A stretch of DNA of 64,000 nucleotides, taken from assembly GCA_033345275.1 (NCBI GenBank), contig JAWPOF010000012.1, forward strand, positions 32,443-96,442, in the 5' to 3' direction. Positions 36,813-47,543 of the stretch are shown here, one piece after another. The notes under the pieces were generated by a model, which saw only the letters and a program-made list of their open reading frames with translations, ran no database searches and was not told the origin of the DNA. Numbering within the stretch: the first letter of the stretch is position 1; every line of letters starts with the position of its first letter. The position numbers were made by a program, and so were the translations under genes. This stretch comes from Alphaproteobacteria bacterium (GTDB taxonomy: Bacteria > Pseudomonadota > Alphaproteobacteria > Rs-D84).

Positions 36813-37586
36813 ATGCCAGTTGTGTCGGTAATTATCCCTGTGTACAAGGTGGAAAAATATCTGAAAAGATGTCTGGACAGTTTGTTGGCGCAATCTTTTT
36901 CAGATTGGCAGGCGATTTGTGTTGATGACGGCAGTCCGGACAAATCGCCCAAGATACTGGATGAATATGCCGCGCGCGATTCGCGATTCAAGGTTATTCA
37001 CAAGAAAAACCAGGGCGTGTCGTCGGCGCGAAATGATGGCATAAAAAACGCAGATGGCAAATATATTCATTTCTTGGATGCTGATGACTGGATTGATGTG
37101 GACTTCTATATGGCTATGGTTCAGGTCGCAGAAAAAACATCGGCCCAGATGGTTGTGTCGGGATTTGTTAGCGATAACAAGTACACTAAACCGATTGTGT
37201 ATAAATCGGTGCGGGGGGCAAAAACTGTGGCTGAAAAAATGTGGCGGACATATGCGTTGACCGATTCGTATGTGTGGCGGTATTTGTTCAGAACAGATTT
37301 TGTGCAACAGAATAATTTGTGCTTTGATACAGGGTTGATTGCCCAAGAAGATACTTTGTTTGTGTTGGACGCAATTGAAAAGGCAAATGTTGTTGTGACT
37401 GTGCCGGGGGTTGCGTATCATTATATGTTTAATGAAAATTCTGCGCTGAATTCGCGTGATGTCGCACACAGGGCGCGTGTAAAGCAGCAGTATCAGATTG
37501 GCAAGCGATACAGAAAAGATTTCGCCAGAAAGCATAAAATTATGTATGTGTGGCGGATGCGGAAAATAATAAACTTTTTCAGATAA
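36813..37586 (+). CDS. Glycosyltransferase family 2
   Basis: SVIIPVY, VDDGSPD, FLDADD, ED. Confidence 0.93.
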   Translation: MPVVSVIIPVYKVEKYLKRCLDSLLAQSFSDWQAICVDDGSPDKSPKILDEYAARDSRFKVIHKKNQGVSSARNDGIKNADGKYIHFLDADDWIDVDFYMAMVQVAEKTSAQMVVSGFVSDNKYTKPIVYKSVRGAKTVAEKMWRTYALTDSYVWRYLFRTDFVQQNNLCFDTGLIAQEDTLFVLDAIEKANVVVTVPGVAYHYMFNENSALNSRDVAHRARVKQQYQIGKRYRKDFARKHKIMYVWRMRKIINFFR

Positions 37587-37606
37587 TCTAAAAAAAAGGG
37601 GGCGAA

Positions 37607-38635
37607 ATGCCGGCGATTTCAATTATTATTCCGATTTATAATGTCGAAAAGTATTTGCGCAGATGTCTGGACAGTGTGAAAAATCAAACTTTTACAGACT
37701 GGGAAGCGATTTGTGTTAATGATGGCAGCCCAGATAACAGTGCGGATATAGTGCGCGAATTTGCCGCACGTGATGCGCGATTTAAATTGGTTAACAAGGA
37801 AAATGGGGGACTGTCGGATGCACGTAATGCTGGGATGGCGGTCGCAAGTGGTGAATACATTTTGTACCTGGACAGTGATGATTTTATTCACCCGCAAACA
37901 TTGGAAATAACACATCATATGGCGGTGCGCGATGGTTCGGATATGGTGGCGTTCACATACGACAGAATTTATCGTCCACAGTTGATGGTACGGCATTATT
38001 TGAAAATGGATACGGATAATGTTGTGCCAAAACGGATAAATAAAAAATATAAACTGGATAAAATTCCGACAATTGTGACGGATGATGTGTTCGCATACGC
38101 GACTGAAAAAATGGTCAATGTGCCACGCAAAAAGAAAAAATGGATGATTAAGCATTGTCAGGTGTGGAAACATCTGTATAAAAAATCTTTGATAGCAGAT
38201 ATACCATATGTTAAGGGGATTTTGTTCGAAGATTTCCCATGGTGGAGCCAGGTTATGTTGCGCAATCCGCGTGTGACAATAACTAATTTGCCGTTGTATT
38301 TTTATGTGCCAAATTTTGGTGGAATCGTTTTGTCGGCCAAACAGTTAAAGATTATGAAAAGTCTGTGTGCAGGTTTGATGCATGCGTGGACACAATATCA
38401 AAAATCGGCGACGCCGTATCAGATGAAAATGTGGTCTGAAAATTTTCAGTGGTATTTTATAAACAAGGCGTTTGGTAAAATAAAATATTTAGATGGCCAA
38501 GATGATGTTCGGGCCGCGCGCGAATGTTTTTGTGAACTGGAACGAATTGGTGCGTTGGATTGGCCACCGTTCAAATGGGCGAAAAAGTTGCGTGCACAGA
38601 TTTGTGATTTTATTAAAACGTGCAGTGTAGAATAA
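37607..38635 (+). CDS. Glycosyltransferase family 2
   Basis: SIIIPIYN, NDGSPD, YLDSDD, FED. Confidence 0.93.
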   Translation: MPAISIIIPIYNVEKYLRRCLDSVKNQTFTDWEAICVNDGSPDNSADIVREFAARDARFKLVNKENGGLSDARNAGMAVASGEYILYLDSDDFIHPQTLEITHHMAVRDGSDMVAFTYDRIYRPQLMVRHYLKMDTDNVVPKRINKKYKLDKIPTIVTDDVFAYATEKMVNVPRKKKKWMIKHCQVWKHLYKKSLIADIPYVKGILFEDFPWWSQVMLRNPRVTITNLPLYFYVPNFGGIVLSAKQLKIMKSLCAGLMHAWTQYQKSATPYQMKMWSENFQWYFINKAFGKIKYLDGQDDVRAARECFCELERIGALDWPPFKWAKKLRAQICDFIKTCSVE

Positions 38636-38661
38636 AAAAAGACCGCCGCTTGGCGGTCTGA

Positions 38662-39678
38662 TTATTTTTCAAATTGTGATTTTTCGGGAAAGCGTTCGGC
38701 CATGAATTTTGCGTTGTCACGCAAGATAGTTTCGTCCGTATCGCGCGAATCGTTTATGCAAAATACTGGTGCATGCAACAGGGCAGAACGGGCACGCGAT
38801 GTGTCCGTGCATACAACCGGGGAATTCTTTATCCAGGGGGCAAATATTGTGTTGTATATCAGGTTTACCAACTTATGACGCGAATGTTTGCGTGCGCGGG
38901 AATGGATAAATACCGCACGGCCATTGATTAGGTCGTATAAATTAAACAGCCAACGTTGGACTTCGTTATTTGTGCGGAATTTGTTGCGGATTTGTTTGTC
39001 GATAAATCCGGTAATAAGTGGATGGTTGCGACATTCAATCCAACTGGATTTTATGTATGGGTCAATGCCGTGCGATGGGCGGTATTTATAGACCGATTTT
39101 TTAAATACTTTTTCAATAAACTGTGCCGATAATATCAGTGTTTGGTTGTATTCGTCAACACGCGACATCCATGTGCCGATGTTGCGGGAACGATGGGCGT
39201 GGTTGCTGAATAAAACACGGGCGCGACCGCGGGAATCATAAAAGAAATCGGGCGTTAGTGGGCGATTGAAAAACATGTCGTCGTTCATCAATAAAAAGTG
39301 TTCTGATAATCCTGGAATATTCGGAATACACATTTCAATCGCGGTTGCGTTGAATGTTGGCAGGGCGTCATGCGGTATTATTTGTTCGTGCGGAACAATT
39401 GTGATTTTGGGATGTTTGGTGTTTAACCAACGTGGTATCTGGTTAAATCCAGTTATGATATAGATGTGATTTACCCAGGGGGCAAATTTATCAACGCTGC
39501 GTAACGAATACAGAAATTCGCCGTTGTCACGCCAGCGGGCCTCAATCGCGGCATCGCGATAGACGGGGCGTTCGCCCTTGACGATTTTCAGCCATTTATC
39601 CTTTTGGGCGCGCCATTTTTTGTCGGAATCATCCACCCACAGGTACACAATGTCTATTTTCATATCTTCTGGTGTCAT
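38662..39678 (-). CDS. Stealth family hexose-1-phosphate transferase
   Basis: CR1 IDIVYLWVD, CR2 YSLRS...PTFN...NDDMFF, CR4 FCIND...SQFE. Confidence 0.92.
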   Translation of the reverse strand: MTPEDMKIDIVYLWVDDSDKKWRAQKDKWLKIVKGERPVYRDAAIEARWRDNGEFLYSLRSVDKFAPWVNHIYIITGFNQIPRWLNTKHPKITIVPHEQIIPHDALPTFNATAIEMCIPNIPGLSEHFLLMNDDMFFNRPLTPDFFYDSRGRARVLFSNHAHRSRNIGTWMSRVDEYNQTLILSAQFIEKVFKKSVYKYRPSHGIDPYIKSSWIECRNHPLITGFIDKQIRNKFRTNNEVQRWLFNLYDLINGRAVFIHSRARKHSRHKLVNLIYNTIFAPWIKNSPVVCTDTSRARSALLHAPVFCINDSRDTDETILRDNAKFMAERFPEKSQFEK

Positions 39679-39680
39679 GG

Positions 39681-40511
39681 TTATACCCCTGATTTTTGAA
39701 AACGGTTTGGAATTTTTACAACACGTTTTATCCCCAGCATGCCGGGTTTGTCCCACGCATAGATTGGGCGGAAAATACGCTGCATAACGCGGGCAATTTT
39801 TAGCCATTTTTCGCCATGTGCCGGACGGTTTGTAATGTCGTTTATTGTGCCGTTGCCACGTCGTCGCAAGTGATTGACCCAATCTGCACCACGGGCCGCG
39901 GCTTTCGCCACCAGCATGTCCATATCGACCGCGCCAAAGTGCAATAAATATAAATTTGGATCAATGTGAAAGTTATGACCGCGTATGCTGTGAAAGCCAG
40001 AGCCCCAGCGTACGGGGCGATTGATAACCACGGGTTTTGTATATCGTGTGGATAACAAAGCAAAACCACGTTGCTTCAAGAATGGTTTGGATGTGTCCAA
40101 TGATTTTTCGTGTGTCATATGCTGACCGACATCTAGCCCCAGACCCGAAAGCGTTGTGTGAATTTTCGTGTTTGACAGATATTCTGCCAGTGATGTGTTC
40201 AAGCCAGGGTCCACAATTAAAAATTCATCGCAATCACAGCCGATGACAATGTCATATTTTTTGAACAAGTCAGATGCCAAAGCAGACATTTTTCCAATGC
40301 GATATTTGTCGCCCGTGGCGCGCGACATATCGGTGTGCGGTAATTTTGTTATGTGTGCCTCGCCCGCGTTTGGTGGTGTTTCCTGGTCCCTGCCATCCAG
40401 ATAAATATACAAATTTTCAGTGCCGATTTCACGACCGTAATATTCAATCCAGCGCGATAAAAAGAATGTGTCGTTTCGTGCCATTGTGATTGCGGCAATT
40501 CGTTTGGTCAT
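39681..40511 (-). CDS. Glycosyltransferase family 2-like (Glyco_tranf_2_4)
   Basis: TMARND..FL..WI.YY, DCDEFL, WGSGFH, LLHF. Confidence 0.8.
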   Translation of the reverse strand: MTKRIAAITMARNDTFFLSRWIEYYGREIGTENLYIYLDGRDQETPPNAGEAHITKLPHTDMSRATGDKYRIGKMSALASDLFKKYDIVIGCDCDEFLIVDPGLNTSLAEYLSNTKIHTTLSGLGLDVGQHMTHEKSLDTSKPFLKQRGFALLSTRYTKPVVINRPVRWGSGFHSIRGHNFHIDPNLYLLHFGAVDMDMLVAKAAARGADWVNHLRRRGNGTINDITNRPAHGEKWLKIARVMQRIFRPIYAWDKPGMLGIKRVVKIPNRFQKSGV

Positions 40512-40514
40512 AGT

Positions 40515-41363
40515 TTATATCCCTTCGATAAATAGTTTTCTGGTTGCGTGTTGTATACGTCGATATATTATTCTTAGCGGATTTTTGGTCAGCAACCAAT
40601 CAACATGGGGGGCGCCATATGCCCGACGTGCGGATGATAAAATTGCGTCCCGGGTTGAGGCGGGAATGTGTTGCAATACGTATAAAATCTGTTGCCCCAG
40701 TGCGCCGTGATGCCGATTAAAAGCAGCGCGTTTCATAAATGGCATTTTTGCGCGGTACAGTTTTTTTATTTTATTATATACACTGCGTCCATGCGCGGAA
40801 TAAAGACAGTCCCAGGTCAGGTTATGTTGCGTGACCAGTTTGGTTAATCCCTGTTCATATTCGTGGGTTATTAGGCCCTTGGATTTTAATTTTGTAATGT
40901 TGCGCATAAAGTTGTCAAACCAATCTGTCATAAAAATTGATGGGCGTAATCCTATAAACCAAGACTGGATGTGTGGGTGGTCGTGATGTGGTTTTTTTAC
41001 AAGACCAAATGCATCAAATGTGCCAGATTCCATTTTGCTAAAATATGGAGCCAAGTCGTATAGCGGACCATATACCGAATCGTTTATAAGATATACAAAA
41101 TTATAATTGGATAAATTTAAATTTTCGGTTGCCCAAATGTATGCGCGTTTATAAGAGCCAAAATCATATTCGCCGTGGCGTGTGCCAATTGTGTGTACGC
41201 AGTATTTCTGGACTTTTTTTAATTCCGAAGCCTTGCAATCAGAATCCATGCACAGAACAATATCGCCAAATTCAGATACGGCACGTGCATAGTGAACAAG
41301 CGCATCATCAATTATGCCGTCTTTGTCATAGCCTGCGAATAGAAATAAACGTTTTTGTGTCAT
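40515..41363 (-). CDS. Rhamnan synthesis RgpF-like protein
   Basis: LFAGYD, YDFGSY, NDSVYGP, HIQSWF, YE.GL, PF.K. Confidence 0.82.
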   Translation of the reverse strand: MTQKRLFLFAGYDKDGIIDDALVHYARAVSEFGDIVLCMDSDCKASELKKVQKYCVHTIGTRHGEYDFGSYKRAYIWATENLNLSNYNFVYLINDSVYGPLYDLAPYFSKMESGTFDAFGLVKKPHHDHPHIQSWFIGLRPSIFMTDWFDNFMRNITKLKSKGLITHEYEQGLTKLVTQHNLTWDCLYSAHGRSVYNKIKKLYRAKMPFMKRAAFNRHHGALGQQILYVLQHIPASTRDAILSSARRAYGAPHVDWLLTKNPLRIIYRRIQHATRKLFIEGI

Positions 41364-41446
41364 CTTGATATATAATGTAAATGTTTTTATTTTATTTTGC
41401 AACAAATCGCTGATAATGAAAATACACCCCTGTGTGGGGTGTCATT

Positions 41447-43279
41447 TTATTCTTCGATGTGTTTTTTTAATTTTTTGCGCGTGTTGCTGTCCAGTTCTCG
41501 TTTGCGCAGACGGATGGTGGTGGGGGTGACCTCTACTAATTCATCATCCAGGATATAGGACAGGGCTTCTTCCAGGGAAATGCGACGTGGTGGGGCCAAG
41601 AATAACTTTTCATCCGCCGTAACGGAACGCATGTTGGTTAATTCTTTGCCCTTGACTGGATTTACTTCCAGGTCGTTTTCTTTGCTGTGTTCGCCGATAA
41701 TCATGCCCGAATAAACCTCGGTTTGTGGGTCTATGAACAATGTTCCGCGTGGTTGCAGGTTAAACAGCGCGTATGTTGCGGCGTTGCCTTTTTCCATTGA
41801 TACCAAAACGCCAGGGCGATATTGCTGGATTGGGCCACGATATAAATCGTATTTATCAAATACGCGGTTCATAATACCTGTGCCACGTGTGTCGGTGCGA
41901 AATTCCGACAGATAACCAATCAGTCCACGTGATGGGGCGGAAAATACAATGCGTGTTTTGCCGGCGCCAGACGCTTTCATTTCAGATATTGTGGCCTTGC
42001 GCTTGGTCATTTTTTCAATAACAACGCCAGAAAATTCGTCGTCCACGTCGATTACAACGTCTTCGATTGGTTCCAGGCGGTTGCCGTTTTCGTCCAATTG
42101 CATTACAACGCGTGGTCGTGATACGGACAGTTCAAAACCTTCGCGACGCATTGTTTCAATCAAAATGCCCAATTGCAATTCGCCACGGCCGGATACTTCG
42201 AACGCTTCGTTGTTTTCACTTTGTTCAACGCGCAGGGCGATGTTTGTTTCGGCTTCTTTGAACAGGCGTTCACCAATCATGCGTGATGTTAATTTTTTGC
42301 CCGATTTGCCCGCCAATGGTGATGTGTTCACAAAGAATGTCATCGTCAGGGTTGGCGGATCAATTGGCATGGCCGAGATTGGTTCTGTGACAGATGGGTC
42401 GCACAGAGTGTCTGCCACAGTTGCACGTGAAAATCCGGCCACTACAACGATATCGCCTGCAGATGCGGTTTCGCGCGAAACCCTTTCAACGCCACGGTGT
42501 TCAATGATTTTTGTGATTTTTGCATTTTCAATAAATTCGCCATTGCGGTTAATAGCCTTGACCGATTGGCCAACGCGTACGGTGCCGGATTCAATTTTGC
42601 CGGTTAAAATGCGACCAACGTATGGGTCGGCTTCCAGTGTTGTTGCCAACATTGTAAATGGTGCGTCCAGTTGACAGCGTGCGCCATTACAATCGGGGGC
42701 CGGGACGTGGTCAACAATTAACTGGAACAGTGGTGTCAGGTCTTTGCGTTCGTCATTCAAATCACGCACAGCCCAACCGTCGCGACCAACAGAATACAGG
42801 TATGGAAAATCCAATTGGGAATCAGTTGCGCCCAATTTGTCAAACAAATCAAATGTTTCAGATAATACTTCGTCTGGGCGGGCGTCAGAACGGTCAACCT
42901 TGTTAATACAGACAATTGGACGCAGCCCCAGTTTCAGGGCCTTGGATAATACGAATTTGGTCTGGGGCAGGGGGCCTTCGGCACTGTCAACCAACAGAAC
43001 TACGCCGTCAACCATGGACAAAATACGTTCAACTTCGCCACCAAAATCGGCGTGGCCTGGTGTGTCAACAATGTTGATTTTATATTCGCCCCATTGGATT
43101 GACGTTGGCTTTGCAGAAATGGTAATGCCACGTTCGCGTTCAATATCACCACTGTCCATCACGCGTTCATCAACGCGCTCGTTTTCGCGGAATGTGCCCG
43201 CCTGTTTTAACATGTTGTCAACCAGTGTCGTTTTTCCATGGTCAACGTGTGCAATAATTGCGATATTGCGAATTTTCAT
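41447..43279 (-). CDS. typA: Translational GTPase TypA/BipA
   Basis: AHVDHGKTTLVD, DTPGHADFGGEVER, GRGELQL, KELTNMRS. Confidence 0.97.
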   Translation of the reverse strand: MKIRNIAIIAHVDHGKTTLVDNMLKQAGTFRENERVDERVMDSGDIERERGITISAKPTSIQWGEYKINIVDTPGHADFGGEVERILSMVDGVVLLVDSAEGPLPQTKFVLSKALKLGLRPIVCINKVDRSDARPDEVLSETFDLFDKLGATDSQLDFPYLYSVGRDGWAVRDLNDERKDLTPLFQLIVDHVPAPDCNGARCQLDAPFTMLATTLEADPYVGRILTGKIESGTVRVGQSVKAINRNGEFIENAKITKIIEHRGVERVSRETASAGDIVVVAGFSRATVADTLCDPSVTEPISAMPIDPPTLTMTFFVNTSPLAGKSGKKLTSRMIGERLFKEAETNIALRVEQSENNEAFEVSGRGELQLGILIETMRREGFELSVSRPRVVMQLDENGNRLEPIEDVVIDVDDEFSGVVIEKMTKRKATISEMKASGAGKTRIVFSAPSRGLIGYLSEFRTDTRGTGIMNRVFDKYDLYRGPIQQYRPGVLVSMEKGNAATYALFNLQPRGTLFIDPQTEVYSGMIIGEHSKENDLEVNPVKGKELTNMRSVTADEKLFLAPPRRISLEEALSYILDDELVEVTPTTIRLRKRELDSNTRKKLKKHIEE

Positions 43280-43475
43280 CTGTTTGCCCCATATTTATTA
43301 GTTTTTCTGATATAGGTTATACCTATTTATATGAATTTTCAACTTTTTTATGTCGAAATATTGACATTTGTGTTGTTTTGTCTATATATGTTTGTGTGCG
43401 TGGCGCGAAATGTTTGGATTTGGCGAAACGGCTTTGGGGTGGTATAATTTATTGTTGTTAAACAAAGGAGTTAAA

Positions 43476-43904
43476 ATGACTGACTATGATGCAACTTTAC
43501 AGGAATTTTTTAGTGATGTTTTGTTGTTTTTAGAAAGACGAAAGCAACGCGCCAAGGATGTGGAGGAACAAAAACGCATTATTGACGCAATCGCAGTGGT
43601 TCAGACAGTTGCCTGGAATCCGGTTAAGTATGCGGATTATGCTGTGCGTGCAAAGGATGGACTGGAACGGCTGGGCCTGGCCGATGCGGATAGCAGCGTA
43701 TATTTGATTTATTCAAAGGTGTTGGCAATTATGGGGAAATTACACAGTCAGTTCGATTTGGAACGCGCCGAAGCGCAAAAGATTCTGTTGAATGCGCGCA
43801 AACGGATGAAATATAAAAATTCAACAAATATATTAAAGGATTTTTATTTCCCGTTTGTCAGTCCAGAACGCTATGGGGTAAAAAAGGATTCAAAGACGCG
43901 TTAA
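43476..43904 (+). CDS. Hypothetical helical protein
   Basis: SD AAGGAG; ends in SKTR. Confidence 0.7.
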   Translation: MTDYDATLQEFFSDVLLFLERRKQRAKDVEEQKRIIDAIAVVQTVAWNPVKYADYAVRAKDGLERLGLADADSSVYLIYSKVLAIMGKLHSQFDLERAEAQKILLNARKRMKYKNSTNILKDFYFPFVSPERYGVKKDSKTR

Positions 43905-43973
43905 GAAAAAAGAGCGGGCGATAAAATTTATCGCCTGTTTTTTTTGTTTAATTTGTGATAGAATATGTTTGCT

Positions 43974-46247
43974 ATGGCAGGAAAGAAATCAAATAAATTT
44001 TTGCCCGACAGTATTTCGGGAATGTTAAGGGCTTTGTTGGCGCGGGGTGTTGGGGCGCTGGTGTTTGTGTGTGGTGTATGGGCCATATTTGCAATGTTAT
44101 TTTATAATCCTTATTTATCTGGCGTTGGCGCCAGTGGGACATTTGGAACGCAATCTGCAATGGGGAATATCGTTGGGTTTGTGCGCTATGGGATTGGTAC
44201 AGTGCCGGGGTTGTTTGTGTTTATGTGTGTTGCACGATGGGGGGTTATGCGTATGATTGCCCTGCGGGGCGAGGTGGCGCCAGAATATAATTTTTTGCGT
44301 GGATTTATTACGGTGTGTTTGGGGGCGGCTGCATTTGGGATGATTTCTGTGTCAAATGCGTTTGGCGGTATGTTTGGTGCGATTGTGGCGTATGATTTAA
44401 GGGCTTTGTTTGGCAGTTTTACCCCAGTCGCTGGGGTGCTGTGTATGCTGATTTTTTTCTGGATGGCAGGCAGCTTGTTGCATATCAGGTGGGCTCATTT
44501 GCGGGGCGGGTGGCGTGTGGCTGTGCGAACAATTCGCGCGGTTGGAGCTGCGTTCCATTTGACAGCGCCGCCCCCCCAGGAAGAATATGACGAAAATGTG
44601 GATGATTCCGTAGATGTCGATGAAGAAGAATATGAAGACCAGGAAGAAGCAAAAGAGCAGCAAAATCGTAGAGGTTTGGTAAGTCGTGCGCAGAAAAAGG
44701 CGGTGGCGGTTACATCGGCGGTTGTGCCCAGACGGGCGCGGGGGACAAATGTGTATCAGTTGCCAGATCCGAAATTACTGGATAGGTCTAATTTTGGTAA
44801 GTGCACCGTAACGCCGGAATTAAAGCAAAATGCACGCAATATGGAAACGCACTTTGCGGAATATGGCGTGTTTGGTCGGGTTATGGGGATTAAGCCGGGG
44901 CCAATTGTAACACTGTATGAATTTGAACCTGATACAGGTATGCGTATTGCGGATATTACAAAAACGGTCAAGGATATGACACGCGCCATGGCGACCGAAA
45001 ATATTCGTATCGCCCATATCCCCAGTACCAGTTATATTGGCGTCGAAATGGTAAATGTGACGCGCCAGACCGTGCGTTATCGCAGTTTGATGGAATCTGA
45101 TACTTTTGTTGATACTAAATATAAAATTCCGCTGGCGTTGGGCGTGAATATTGGTGGAAATCCAATGTATTTTGATTTGGCAAAAATGCCACATATGTTG
45201 ATTGCAGGGCGTACAGGTTCGGGTAAGTCTGTGTTCGTGCAATCAATTATTACATCAATCGTTTATCACTTTACCCCGGACAAGTGCAAGTTGATGATTA
45301 TCGACCCCAAGGGTGTGGACTTTGGGTTCTGGGATGATATTCCGCACTTGATTACGCCGATTGTAAAGTTAGACCCGGCGGCAGCTGTGAACGCATTGAA
45401 ATGGGCGGTGCGCGAGATGGAAGAAAGGTATAAACAGATGCAGGCGCTTAATGCTCGTAATATAGAAAGCTATAATGAAATCGCAGCTGAAAAACGTGCG
45501 GCGGGTGAAAAAATGACCAAGCAAGTTGCCGTTGGTACCGATTCTGAAACTGGGGAATTATTATTTGAAACCCAGGAAATAGATTTGTCGGATATTCCAT
45601 ATATCGTCATCGTTATTGACGAGGTGGCAGATTTGATGAGTCTGGCGCGCAAGGATGTAGAGGCATGTGTTCAACGTATCGCACAAAAGGCGCGCGCGGC
45701 GGGCATTCACTTGGTGATGGCGACACAGCGCCCCGATGCAACGACGATTACCGGTGTTATCAAAGCGAATTTTCCAACGCGTGTGTCGTTCCAGGCGCGC
45801 AGTCGTATCGACAGTGTTACATGTCTGGGCGAAGGCGGTGCGGAACAGTTGTTGGCGTGTGGTGATATGCTGTTTAGCGAGGCAGGGCGCGTGCCGGTGC
45901 GCATACATGGTGCGTTTATTGATGATAATGAACTGACCAGAATTGGTGATTTTCTGCGTTCCCAGGGCGCGCCGGAATATGTTGATGGCGTGACCGATTC
46001 TGAAGGCGAGGGGGCTGGCGATGTTTCTGGGGTGCCTGGGGATATTCCAAAGGCTGGGGGCGACAAAGATGGGGATTTGTATGAGCGCGCCAAAGAATGT
46101 GTTATTCGCGATAAAAAACCAACAATTTCATATATTCAGCGTCGTTTGCAGATTGGCTATAACAAGGCTGCCGGTTTCATGGAGCGGATGGAGCAAGAAG
46201 GAATTGTGTCTGCGCCTGATGTCAATAATAAAAGGCATATATTGTAA
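43974..46247 (+). CDS. ftsK: DNA translocase FtsK
   Basis: N-terminal TMs, PHMLIAGRTGSGKSV, IDEVADL, ATQRP, gamma domain QRRLQIGYNKAA. Confidence 0.96.
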   Translation: MAGKKSNKFLPDSISGMLRALLARGVGALVFVCGVWAIFAMLFYNPYLSGVGASGTFGTQSAMGNIVGFVRYGIGTVPGLFVFMCVARWGVMRMIALRGEVAPEYNFLRGFITVCLGAAAFGMISVSNAFGGMFGAIVAYDLRALFGSFTPVAGVLCMLIFFWMAGSLLHIRWAHLRGGWRVAVRTIRAVGAAFHLTAPPPQEEYDENVDDSVDVDEEEYEDQEEAKEQQNRRGLVSRAQKKAVAVTSAVVPRRARGTNVYQLPDPKLLDRSNFGKCTVTPELKQNARNMETHFAEYGVFGRVMGIKPGPIVTLYEFEPDTGMRIADITKTVKDMTRAMATENIRIAHIPSTSYIGVEMVNVTRQTVRYRSLMESDTFVDTKYKIPLALGVNIGGNPMYFDLAKMPHMLIAGRTGSGKSVFVQSIITSIVYHFTPDKCKLMIIDPKGVDFGFWDDIPHLITPIVKLDPAAAVNALKWAVREMEERYKQMQALNARNIESYNEIAAEKRAAGEKMTKQVAVGTDSETGELLFETQEIDLSDIPYIVIVIDEVADLMSLARKDVEACVQRIAQKARAAGIHLVMATQRPDATTITGVIKANFPTRVSFQARSRIDSVTCLGEGGAEQLLACGDMLFSEAGRVPVRIHGAFIDDNELTRIGDFLRSQGAPEYVDGVTDSEGEGAGDVSGVPGDIPKAGGDKDGDLYERAKECVIRDKKPTISYIQRRLQIGYNKAAGFMERMEQEGIVSAPDVNNKRHIL

Positions 46248-46313
46248 AAGAATATTTGTTCTTTTATTTGAGAGGTGTTTGTGTTATAATTTTCAACAAA
46301 AGGAGTTACAATT

Positions 46314-47474
46314 ATGAAGAAATATTTATCAGTTTTTGTGGGTTTGCTGGTAGCATTGGGGGCGGTGAACGCGAATGCTGCATCAGATTGGGAAGTTAAT
46401 GTGAAGTCCAGTGGGGATTTTCCGGGTGATGTAAGTTATGAAAGATATCAGACGCGTACAGTCACCAGGTCTTATGGTGATGAGGATGTTTCTTATGCTG
46501 GGGCACGCAATCGTAATATGAATTATGACCAGTATGAAAAGGCGGATTATTCACAGGTTGCAAGAAATGTGCGTCGTAAATATTTCTTGGCGCATCCGTT
46601 CTATCAGCCGGCCAAGGGCATGTTCGGTTCCCATACTGATTTATCATATGCGACAAATTCATATGATTTTGATATCAGATTTTATGACAGTGCTTCGGTG
46701 CCAATGGGTGGAAATTGGGAAATGTCCGGTTTCACAATCAAAGAAGATTTCAGTTATGGTATTACAGATACCATTGCTATTATGGGGATGCTGCAATATG
46801 ACATTAATGAATATAAATTTGAATGGGATGATAATTCGCCAGATGATAAGTTTGATGATGATGGGTTGAATATATTTGGAATTGGTGGACAATGGCGCTT
46901 TGCTGATAATGCAGAATGGATTGCAGAAGTGGCTGCGTATTTCCAACACCAAAAAGATATTTCAAATAATTTTACGATTGAAGTAAAGGGTGGATACAAG
47001 GTATCTAGATCTACAATTTATGGTTTGGCACGTGGTTGGTATCTTGATCTGGATGGAGATTCGTACGGTAATGCCGTCGAAGGTGATGATGCGGATGGTT
47101 TTTATCAGCTGATGTATATTCCATATCAGACCGATACGGACAGCGCGACATTCTTTGAAGTTGGGATGGGGGTATTTAGTGTATTGAATGAAGATTGGAC
47201 ACTGAATGTAGAAGCGGTTTTTGGCAATTATGATTGGCATAACCAGGGTTCCATTAAGGGGGCGATTGGCTGGCAACCAAATGATTGGTTCGCGTTGAAT
47301 TTGTATGCCAAGGCCGCACTGTTCGACAGTGCTGATGGCAAAGAAAAGGATGTTTGGTTTATGACGGATAGTCCTGTTTATCCAGAATATAACGAATTGA
47401 CCAATGTTGGTACGGCAAAATTGGATAATTATGCAGAAACAAGGGTTGGTTTGCAGCTTATGTTTCAGTTTTAA
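46314..47474 (+). CDS. Outer membrane beta-barrel protein
   Basis: Signal peptide, aromatic alternating strands, C-terminal FQF. Confidence 0.75.
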   Translation: MKKYLSVFVGLLVALGAVNANAASDWEVNVKSSGDFPGDVSYERYQTRTVTRSYGDEDVSYAGARNRNMNYDQYEKADYSQVARNVRRKYFLAHPFYQPAKGMFGSHTDLSYATNSYDFDIRFYDSASVPMGGNWEMSGFTIKEDFSYGITDTIAIMGMLQYDINEYKFEWDDNSPDDKFDDDGLNIFGIGGQWRFADNAEWIAEVAAYFQHQKDISNNFTIEVKGGYKVSRSTIYGLARGWYLDLDGDSYGNAVEGDDADGFYQLMYIPYQTDTDSATFFEVGMGVFSVLNEDWTLNVEAVFGNYDWHNQGSIKGAIGWQPNDWFALNLYAKAALFDSADGKEKDVWFMTDSPVYPEYNELTNVGTAKLDNYAETRVGLQLMFQF

Positions 47475-47543
47475 TGTCTGAGCATTATAATTGCCCCCAG
47501 AATTCTGGGGGCGGTGTGTTTGTAAAGTTTTGTTGAGGAACAA

